A DNA stretch of 64,000 bases from the NCBI GenBank assembly GCA_028279505.1, contig JANQNP010000067.1, positions 9-64,008 of the forward strand, read 5' to 3'. The position numbers were made by a program, and so were the translations under genes. The stretch comes from Dehalococcoidia bacterium. GTDB taxonomy: Bacteria > Chloroflexota > Dehalococcoidia > UBA2979. Position 1 is the stretch's first letter, and every line of letters starts with the position of its first letter. Below the pieces are notes generated by a model. That model ran no database searches and was not told the DNA's origin. It worked only from the letters and a program-made list of their open reading frames with translations. Shown piece by piece: positions 57,455-64,000 of this stretch.

Positions 57455-57835
57455 CTAGTTGACCGCGACCACATTGAGCGCCGTGACGGTCTCGGGATCG
57501 ATGCCAGCCGCCGCGGAGCAGGTCACCGCGCCTGCCGTGTTGGTGCAGTTGGGGCTACCCCAGTTGCCGAAGCTGTCGGAACCACCGATCCCGAGGGTTC
57601 CATCCGTCGACACGTCCACGTCTGCGTCCGTGTCATCGATGTCGAAGTCAACACCCGTGATCTCGCCTGAAGTCAGCGTCCAGACGACGTTGGTCACGTC
57701 ATAGCCGCTCACGGTGCCACTCCCCGCGCCGACGCTGCCAGCATCGGGGTCGCTGAACGTAATCGCAGCTGCCGCACCAACGGTCATGGCGGCGAACAAG
57801 CCGACCACCGGAATCAAGAGAAGCTTCTTAATCAT
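57455..57835 (-). CDS. Small secreted protein with SipW-cognate-class signal peptide (TasA/camelysin-like fibre subunit candidate)
   Basis: MIKKLLLIPVVGLFAAMTVGAAAAITFSDPDAGSVGAG matches the 'A-x-F-S/N-D' SipW-cognate signal-peptide pattern of TasA/CalY; RBS GAGGAG about 12 nt upstream. Confidence 0.65.
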   Translation of the reverse strand: MIKKLLLIPVVGLFAAMTVGAAAAITFSDPDAGSVGAGSGTVSGYDVTNVVWTLTSGEITGVDFDIDDTDADVDVSTDGTLGIGGSDSFGNWGSPNCTNTAGAVTCSAAAGIDPETVTALNVVAVN

Positions 57836-58453
57836 TCCGATTCGTTCTCCTCGCATCTCCACCATCCATGGCGGAGTTGATTGTTCTCGTGTTCGCCCGC
57901 GCACCACGCGCGGACCGGGACGGTCCTCGTCGTCCCGGAAACTCGAGGTCCCTTCGCCCACACCTCCGTCCGAGGTGCGAGGGGTTGCGAGGCGCGTTAA
58001 ACGAAGAACGCGGGCTCGGACCCGTAAGAGGTCGCGAACCCGCGTACAATCTGAGATTGCACTGGGTGCGGGCTCACGCACCCTCGCACAGGCCCCGGCG
58101 TGGTTGCCGCCACGTCGGGGCCGTCTGCATTGCTCGCCAGATCGTCTACCCCGGCCAACTGCGTGTCATCGTCGGGCCGCGCCCCGTCGAAACCACGCCG
58201 CTACTCGCCGGGAGGGACTCCCTCCGACTCGCATCCATGCCGGTTGATTGAGGTCCCCCGCCAAGAGGACCGGCCCCCGGGTCCTTCCGAGGAGCCGTCG
58301 ACCCACTCGCTCGCGCGAAGTGGATCGGACCGCACTCTACAACAGTTTCGGTGCGCCGGGAGTGAGATTATGTCGAATGGATCGTCAGCTTTTGCACAAG
58401 CTCTACCCACCCGACGCACATTCCCCGCGTCGCGGCTGTGACAGAGCCGTGAT

Positions 58454-58999
58454 CTAGCCCGCGTCCCCTCCGAGGGCGCGACGGGTCGCCAGCGCCCGGT
58501 ACGCGAACAGCGCCTTCAGCGGCAGCGTCGAGAACAGCGCGCGCGTCAGAATCCCGCGCCAGCCGGCCGGGTGCTGATACCAGATCTGGTCGAGGACCTC
58601 GGTGTGCCCATCGTCGAGCGCGCGATAGCTGTGCCGGTGGATCCAGCGCGCCATCGGCCCCAGCTCCTGCGTGTCCGTGAACCCCTTCAGCGCCTTGAAT
58701 CCGCTGTGCACTGCGCGCCAGCGGATCGGGATCGGCCCCACCCACATCGTGAACTCGCTGACCGAACCCTCGCCCAGCGGGTCCATCCGGTGTACCTGCA
58801 TCACCGTCGGCGGCGGGGTCAGCTTCGTCAGCGCCTTCGGATCGGCGTGGAAGCGAGCCACCGCCTCCAGCGACGCCGGTACGACGAACCGCGACACGAA
58901 CGACGGCTCGCCCAGGCTCCGCCGGCGCTTCAGCGCCGTCGCCGCCATGGCGCCCGCCGCCGCCACCGCACCCGTGATCGCGATCCCTCGCACGCCCAT
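58454..58999 (-). CDS. SRPBCC-superfamily protein (polyketide cyclase/dehydrase-like)
   Basis: Size and pattern (PASLEAVARFHADPKALTKL...W..L) fit the Polyketide_cyc2 fold. The family assignment is tentative. Confidence 0.55.
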   Translation of the reverse strand: MGVRGIAITGAVAAAGAMAATALKRRRSLGEPSFVSRFVVPASLEAVARFHADPKALTKLTPPPTVMQVHRMDPLGEGSVSEFTMWVGPIPIRWRAVHSGFKALKGFTDTQELGPMARWIHRHSYRALDDGHTEVLDQIWYQHPAGWRGILTRALFSTLPLKALFAYRALATRRALGGDAG

Positions 59000-59075
59000 C
59001 TCGGCCCCCGCTCCTCCGAGGATGATCGTACCGCCGAGGCCACTCCGACAGGCCCGGTGCGCGCGACGCGTGGAG

Positions 59076-59858
59076 CTACTCGAAGAAGTTCGGCTTCCGC
59101 TTCTCCGCGAACGCCCGCACCGCCTCGGCGTGCTCGGGCCACGTCCGGGCCAGCCGGTCGCGCACCTGCTCGCGCTCCATCACCACGTCCAGGTCGCCCT
59201 CGACCGGGTTGTCCGCCAGCAGCTCCTTCACCAGCATCACCGCCGGCGTCGGGTTCTCGGCGAGTTGGCGCGCCTTCTCCATCGCCGTGTCGAACAGCTG
59301 ATCGGGCTCCACCACCGCAGTCACCAGCCCCATCCGCAGCGCCTCCTCGGCGTTGACCATGCGCCCCGTCAGCGACATGTCGGTGGCGTGCCCGAGCCCA
59401 ACGATCTGCGCGAGCAGGCGCGTCGAGCCCAGCTCTGGCACCAGCCCCACCCGAATGAACCGAATCGACATCAGTGCGTCGGTGGCCGCGATCCGCACGT
59501 CGCCCGGCAGCGCCATCGTCAGCCCGACGCCCACCGCATACCCGTGGATCGCAAACACCGAGGGCTTCCCCTGCCGCAGCAGATGCGTCAGCGGCGACGA
59601 GAACTTCGTCTGCTCCGCGCGCGTCGGCGTGTGATCGAGCCGCGTTCCGAAGCCGTCCATGTCCGCGCCGCCGCAGAACGCCCGTCCCTCGCCGGTCACA
59701 ACGAACGCGCCGATCCCGTCGTCGTCGTTCCACCGACCGACCTGGTCCTGCAGCTCGCGGTTCATCGTGTCGGTCCACGCGTTGAGCTTCTCGGGCCGGT
59801 TCAGCCGAATGATCCCCACCCGACCGTCGGTCTCGCTCAAGATGTGCTCGTACGTCAT
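59076..59858 (-). CDS. Enoyl-CoA hydratase/isomerase
   Basis: VGIIRLNRPEKLNAW, TGEGRAFCGGADM, AIHGYAVGVGLTMALPGDVRIA; ATG overlaps the upstream stop (ATGA). Confidence 0.9.
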   Translation of the reverse strand: MTYEHILSETDGRVGIIRLNRPEKLNAWTDTMNRELQDQVGRWNDDDGIGAFVVTGEGRAFCGGADMDGFGTRLDHTPTRAEQTKFSSPLTHLLRQGKPSVFAIHGYAVGVGLTMALPGDVRIAATDALMSIRFIRVGLVPELGSTRLLAQIVGLGHATDMSLTGRMVNAEEALRMGLVTAVVEPDQLFDTAMEKARQLAENPTPAVMLVKELLADNPVEGDLDVVMEREQVRDRLARTWPEHAEAVRAFAEKRKPNFFE

Positions 59859-61150
59859 GCCCCCACCTTTCCGGGGCGGGATGGTAGCAGCGACCGGAAC
59901 GCCGACCGCCCGTAGAGCACCGCCACCACCGCCTCCAGGCTGAGCGTGAACGCGATCGCACCGGCGCCGATCGCCGCCCCGGACCAGTCCGTGAGCGTCG
60001 GCACCAGCACCACGAACAGGATCAGCCCGAGCAACCGCCACGCGTTCACGTACACCAGGGCGCGTGTCCGTTTCGTCTGCAACAGCGCCGCGGCGTAGAG
60101 CTGCTCGATCGTCAGCAGCGGCGGCAGGAACGACAGGATCCGCAACCCCACCACCGTCAGCTCCGCCAGCCGGTCGTCCGCCCCCAGCAGATCGCGGACC
60201 ACCAGGTCGCTCAGCGGCGGCACCCACGCGACCAGCAACCCGCCCACCATCGCGATCACCCCAACGAGGACCGCGAACCGCCTCACCCCGTACGGCTCAT
60301 CGCCGCGACTGAACAGCGACAGCACCGTCGGCTGCACCCCGCCCGAGATCAGCGTCACGAACGTGAACACGCTCATCGCCAGCGGGAACGCCGCCAGCGA
60401 GACGTCCGCCTCTGAGGAGCGCGCCACCGTCGCCGTGATCAGCGGCGTGCTGACCGCCGGCAGGAACGCCGCGAACAGCAGCGGCGTGAAGAACGCCATC
60501 AGCGCCCGCTGGCTCGGCGACTCGACGCTCACGAGGCGCATCGAACCCGCGTCCCCGGTGATGATCGCCAGCCCCACCACCTCGACCCCGGCCCCTACGC
60601 TCACCGCGATCGCCGCCACCGGAGCCCCATCGACCCCGGCCGCCAGCAGCCCGGCCGCCGTCCCGAGGACCGCGACCGCGCCCCCGACCGTGCCCGCCCA
60701 TACCACCGCCGGCCGCTCCGCCCGCAGCGCGATCCCGTACAGGTGCATCCGCGCGATCGCGAACGCCGGGAACGGGATCAGCGCGATCAGCGAAACGGCG
60801 GCCTCATCGCGAACCCGCCCGTCAGTCGCGAACAGATCCTCGAGCACCAGATCAGACAGCGGCGTCAACGCGACCAGCAGCGCAATCGCCGACGTGATCG
60901 CCACGAAGATCGCGATGAACCGGCGCAGCGCCAGCAGCGAGGGACGGCCCTCGAAGAACACCAGCGTCAGGTGCTGCACGCGCAGCTGCGGCAGCGCGAT
61001 CAACCCGCTGATCCCCAGCGCCACGGCGAACCCGCCGATCGCCGGCTCCGGATCCGAGGTCCGCGCCAGCATCGCGTTCAGCGCCGGAGCCAGGATCTGC
61101 GCGATCCCGAGGTTCAGCGCCGACGGCAACAGCAGCGCGATCGCCCGCAC
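59855..61150 (-). CDS. MOP-superfamily polytopic membrane protein (Wzx/MurJ/MATE-like oligosaccharide flippase)
   Basis: About 12 TM helices, GTG start near 61150; the long N-terminal extension of the ORF is Arg/Gly-rich and spurious. Confidence 0.65.
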   Translation of the reverse strand: MRAIALLLPSALNLGIAQILAPALNAMLARTSDPEPAIGGFAVALGISGLIALPQLRVQHLTLVFFEGRPSLLALRRFIAIFVAITSAIALLVALTPLSDLVLEDLFATDGRVRDEAAVSLIALIPFPAFAIARMHLYGIALRAERPAVVWAGTVGGAVAVLGTAAGLLAAGVDGAPVAAIAVSVGAGVEVVGLAIITGDAGSMRLVSVESPSQRALMAFFTPLLFAAFLPAVSTPLITATVARSSEADVSLAAFPLAMSVFTFVTLISGGVQPTVLSLFSRGDEPYGVRRFAVLVGVIAMVGGLLVAWVPPLSDLVVRDLLGADDRLAELTVVGLRILSFLPPLLTIEQLYAAALLQTKRTRALVYVNAWRLLGLILFVVLVPTLTDWSGAAIGAGAIAFTLSLEAVVAVLYGRSAFRSLLPSRPGKVGA

Positions 61151-61360
61151 CGGCGCCACCGATGCGTCCGGCGGCCTCGCCTCGGGGCCGCCGTCGGGCG
61201 GTTCGGATCGCGGCGCGTCGCTCAACCTGGCCTGCCATCCAACCGTGGCGGGCCTCGACGGACCACGTCCCGCCCGACCCGCTCGCACCCGATTACGGCC
61301 GCCGCCGTCCGAGGAACGCGAACGCTCCCCGCGCGACCGAAACGCCGTACCCTGCACCCC

Positions 61361-62215
61361 ATGCCGGCCGGGCCGACACAGTACCGCTTCCCCGCCCCGT
61401 GGCTCACCCGCTGGCTCCTCGGAGTACCGGCGCGCTCGCGGCGTGACGTCGGCCTCGACGGTGGAACCCTCCTGGCGGCGAACGGCGCACGCTGCCGCGT
61501 CGAAGGCAGCGGCTACGTCCCGGTCGACCAGCCGTTCGTCCTCGTCACCAACCACTTCGAGCGCGAGGGCATGCGGGTCTGGTGGCCCGCCATGTTCCTC
61601 TCCTCGATCCTCCGCGAGCTCCGTGGCCCGGACGCCCCCACCATCCGCTGGATGGTCAGCGTCGAGTTCCACGGCTACCACCTCGGCCCCGTCCCGATCC
61701 CGGACGCCCTCATGCGCTGGGTGCTCCGCCTGATCGCGGACCGCTACGCCGCCATCCCCGTGCCGCGCGACACCTCCGAGGCGTCCGGCCGCTCCGCCGC
61801 CCTGCGCCTCGCCCGCCGCGCGCTGGCCGATGGCCACCCCGTCGGCATCACCCCCGAGGCCGCCGAGGCCGCCGATCGCCCCGAGGTCCTCGCCGAGCCC
61901 GACGAGAACGCCGCGCTCGCCGTCGCGCTGCTCTCCCGTGGCAAGATCCCCATCCTCCCCGCCGCGGTCTTCGAGGAAGGCGACACCCTCGTCGCCCGCT
62001 TCGGCGCCCCGGTCACGCTCGATCGCCGCCCGCCCCGTGCAGCGGGTCGAGACGGCACAGCGGGCGGAGCCGCCGAGGGCGCAACCGCCCCGGCAACGAC
62101 CAGTGCAGGCGCCACCGCGCCCGCTGTCCGCGACCAGCTCATGCACTCGATCGCCGCACTCCTCCCCAACGACCTGCGTGGCCCCTACGCTACGCCGGCC
62201 AACGACCGCGGATGA
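61361..62215 (+). CDS. Lysophospholipid/glycerolipid acyltransferase-like (LPLAT family)
   Basis: VLVTNHFEREGMRVWW (NHxxxxE/D acyltransferase motif I variant), GITPEAAEA region (motif III-like). Confidence 0.6.
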   Translation: MPAGPTQYRFPAPWLTRWLLGVPARSRRDVGLDGGTLLAANGARCRVEGSGYVPVDQPFVLVTNHFEREGMRVWWPAMFLSSILRELRGPDAPTIRWMVSVEFHGYHLGPVPIPDALMRWVLRLIADRYAAIPVPRDTSEASGRSAALRLARRALADGHPVGITPEAAEAADRPEVLAEPDENAALAVALLSRGKIPILPAAVFEEGDTLVARFGAPVTLDRRPPRAAGRDGTAGGAAEGATAPATTSAGATAPAVRDQLMHSIAALLPNDLRGPYATPANDRG

Positions 62216-63267
62216 CCGCGGCACCGGGATCGGAATCGGAGCGCGGCCGGCGCTGGCGCACCGCGATCGCGGTGCAGGTCCTCGTCGGCGTCCTCGTCCT
62301 CGCTGCCTTCCTCTGGCGCGTCGACATCCTCGGCGCACTGCAGAACCTTCCCGAGCTCCAGCTCAAGTGGGCCCTCGCCGGCACCGTCACGTTCTCGCTC
62401 TCGAAGTTCGTGCACGCCTACCGTTGGCGCTGGTTCCTCCGCCACCGCAAGGAGCTCCCGTTCCGCCGGCTCTTTGAACTCTTCCTCGTCTCGAACCTCG
62501 CCAACGCCATGATCCCGCTCCGCGCCGGTGACCTCCTCCGCGTCGAACTCCCCAGCCGGCGCTACGGCGTCCCCCGCGCCGAGCTCGCCAGCAGCGTCTT
62601 CCTCGTCGAGTCACTGCTCGACGGCGTCGCCTTCGTGCTCCTCGCCTTCGGCGGTCTCCTCATCTTCGACCTCCCCACCTCCCTGCGCCCGGGCGTCGCC
62701 GTCCTCGCCGCCATCGTCTTCCTCGTCGCCTACGTCTCCGTCCGCGCCGCCCGAGGTGGCGACGACTGGTCCGTCGACACCTCGCTCTGGCGCTACCTCG
62801 TCCCCCGCCGCTTCCGCCCGAGGATCAACGGCTGGCTCACCGAAGCCATCGACGGCATGTCCACCCTCAGCGACGTCCGCAGCGCCACCATCGCCGTCGC
62901 CCTCTCCGTCGTCGCCTGGATGCTCGAGGTCGGCGTCTGGTGGTACATGGGCAAGGCCTTCGGCATCGAACTCGCCTTCTCCGAGGCCCTCACCGTCATG
63001 ATCGCCGCCAACATGGCCCAGGCGATCCCCATCACCCCCTGGAGCATCGGCCCCTACGAGGTCGCCGTCACCGAGGTCCTCGTCCTCCTCGGCTCGAGCC
63101 GCCTCGACGGCTCCAGCTACGCCATCGGATCCCGCATCCTCCTCATGCTCTGGATCGGCGCCACCGGCCTCATCGCCATGTGGTCGCTCGACCTCCGCAT
63201 GCGCGACCTCCTCGGCTACGGCAAGAACCAGACCCCAGCCCCCGCCACCTCCGAGGCCGATCCCTGA
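62212..63267 (+). CDS. Lysylphosphatidylglycerol-synthase-TM-like (UPF0104 / MprF flippase-domain-like) membrane protein
   Basis: Eight TM helices with a conserved Arg/Trp-rich loop (KFVHAYRWRWFLRHRKELPFRRLFELFLVSNLANAMIP); its ATG overlaps the upstream stop (ATGA). Confidence 0.65.
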   Translation: MTAAPGSESERGRRWRTAIAVQVLVGVLVLAAFLWRVDILGALQNLPELQLKWALAGTVTFSLSKFVHAYRWRWFLRHRKELPFRRLFELFLVSNLANAMIPLRAGDLLRVELPSRRYGVPRAELASSVFLVESLLDGVAFVLLAFGGLLIFDLPTSLRPGVAVLAAIVFLVAYVSVRAARGGDDWSVDTSLWRYLVPRRFRPRINGWLTEAIDGMSTLSDVRSATIAVALSVVAWMLEVGVWWYMGKAFGIELAFSEALTVMIAANMAQAIPITPWSIGPYEVAVTEVLVLLGSSRLDGSSYAIGSRILLMLWIGATGLIAMWSLDLRMRDLLGYGKNQTPAPATSEADP

Positions 63268-63384
63268 TGTCCCTCGACGATCGAATCCACTTCGCCCGCA
63301 GTGACATCACCCGCTTCGAGGCCGACCCCTGATGTCCGTCAACGACCGAATCCAGCTCGCCCGCGGCGACATCACCCGCTTCGA
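63253..63384. repeat. Two tandem 66 bp direct repeats (about 88% identical) spanning the 3' end of the LPG-synthase-like gene and the 5' end of the macro-domain gene
   Basis: Unit 1 is 63253-63318 and unit 2 is 63319-63384; each carries ...GAGGCCGAYCCCTGATGTCC...GACATCACCCGCTTC. Confidence 0.7.
63267..63332 (+). CDS. 21-codon upstream mini-ORF ([21 protein letters not shown]) created by the tandem duplication
   Basis: Its ATG shares one nt with the upstream TGA (TGATG), and its TGA shares one nt with the macro-domain ATG (TGATG); the peptide duplicates the macro-protein N-terminus. Confidence 0.3.
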   Translation: MSLDDRIHFARSDITRFEADP

Positions 63385-63853
63385 GGTCGACGCCATCGTC
63401 AACGCCGCCAACTCCACCCTCCTCGGCGGAGGTGGCGTCGACGGTGCCATCCACCTCGCCGCCGGCCCCGGCCTCCTCGAGGAGTGCCGCACCCTCGGCG
63501 GCTGCCCACCCGGTGAGGCCCGCATCACCGGCGCCTACGCCCTCCCAGCAACCTGGGTCATCCACACCGTCGGCCCGATCTGGCGCGGCGGCACCAACGG
63601 CGAAGACCAAACCCTCGCCTCCGCCTACCGCTCCTCCCTCGCCCTCGCCGCCTCCGTCGAAGCCCGCACCGTCGCCTTCCCCTCCATCAGCACCGGCATC
63701 TACGGCTTCCCGATCGACCGCGCCGCCTCAATCTCCCTCACCACCATTCGCAATTCCCTCGCAACCCATCCCACCATCGAGACCGTCACCCTCGTCTGCT
63801 TCAACGACGCCAACCACACCGCCTATGCCACCCTCCTCGACAAGGCCAGCTAG
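63332..63853 (+). CDS. Macro-domain protein (O-acetyl-ADP-ribose deacetylase, MacroD/YmdB-like)
   Basis: [49 protein letters not shown]. Confidence 0.85.
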   Translation: MSVNDRIQLARGDITRFEVDAIVNAANSTLLGGGGVDGAIHLAAGPGLLEECRTLGGCPPGEARITGAYALPATWVIHTVGPIWRGGTNGEDQTLASAYRSSLALAASVEARTVAFPSISTGIYGFPIDRAASISLTTIRNSLATHPTIETVTLVCFNDANHTAYATLLDKAS

Positions 63854-64000
63854 GCACCCGAGCACCGACCCAACCACGCTCTTCCGGCCAGCGACGCGCG
63901 CTCACGCCACGCTCCGACCCGACCGCCGTCCGCGGGAACAGCCGTCGCACACGACTACCCGACGAACCACCCGACGATGCTGACCAGCCAACGGCGCGAA

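Noticed and set aside
58100-58441. 113 aa + ORF inside the long leader upstream of the TasA-like gene
   Set aside because: Low-complexity Ser/Pro/Arg composition and no RBS; the region is better explained as a regulatory leader.
1-64000. Searched for tRNA/rRNA genes, CRISPR arrays and IS or transposase genes
   Set aside because: No T-loop/anticodon-arm-like structures, no regularly spaced direct repeats, and no transposase or integrase-like ORFs were found by inspection.

Overview
This is a 64 kb window of high-GC (about 70%) Actinobacteria-like chromosome, densely packed with roughly 70 genes. About 250 antisense 'shadow' ORFs in the six-frame track (Arg/Pro/Ala-rich, some over 600 aa) are not genes. 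The window contains no tRNA, rRNA, CRISPR array, IS element or prophage.

The gene content is mostly catabolic and redox enzymes, transporters and cell-envelope functions:
- two family-III CoA transferases, two enoyl-CoA hydratases, a nitronate monooxygenase (NMO), a MaoC-like dehydratase, a PaaI thioesterase, a GMC oxidoreductase, an LLM flavin oxidoreductase and a PQQ-type sugar dehydrogenase
- two MFS transporters and a LysE exporter
- a SCO1-PCuAC-CtaG copper-delivery operon
- gamma-glutamyltransferase (ggt), a menaquinone-dependent protoporphyrinogen oxidase (HemG-like), gpmA, a class I DAHP synthase and a long-type ribosomal protein S14
- a soluble Aer-type PAS chemoreceptor, a PMT-family glycosyltransferase and a flippase / acyltransferase / LPG-synthase-TM / macro-domain cluster

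The most notable observations, in order of interest:
1. A lipoprotein gene with a GIN/DUF2807-like N-terminal region and a DUF3179 C-terminal domain is interrupted by a single in-frame TGA. The TGA sits where DUF3179 homologues carry the first Cys of a CxxC motif, and a GC-rich hairpin begins 15 nt downstream. This is either a candidate selenoprotein or a pseudogene.
2. A minus-strand cluster carries a SipW-type signal peptidase fusion, a protein with a SipW-cognate signal peptide (TasA/camelysin-like), an FN3/PT-repeat protein, a ligase-like-TM-Cys-rich fusion protein and a YD-repeat-like protein. A roughly 600 bp palindrome-rich leader lies upstream.
3. Three paralogous ArsR-SRPBCC (Aha1-like) cassettes are present, each preceded by a different inverted-repeat candidate operator.
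4. A dispersed intergenic element of about 37 nt (GAGGCGCGAAGCGTC followed by a GAA-triloop hairpin) occurs four times.
5. The motif CCCACCYTCCGAGG recurs in intergenic DNA, including a 3 x 17 bp tandem array.
6. A lower-GC, probably horizontally acquired Mrr restriction gene is present.
7. A 66 bp tandem duplication creates a 21-codon upstream ORF ahead of a macro-domain gene.
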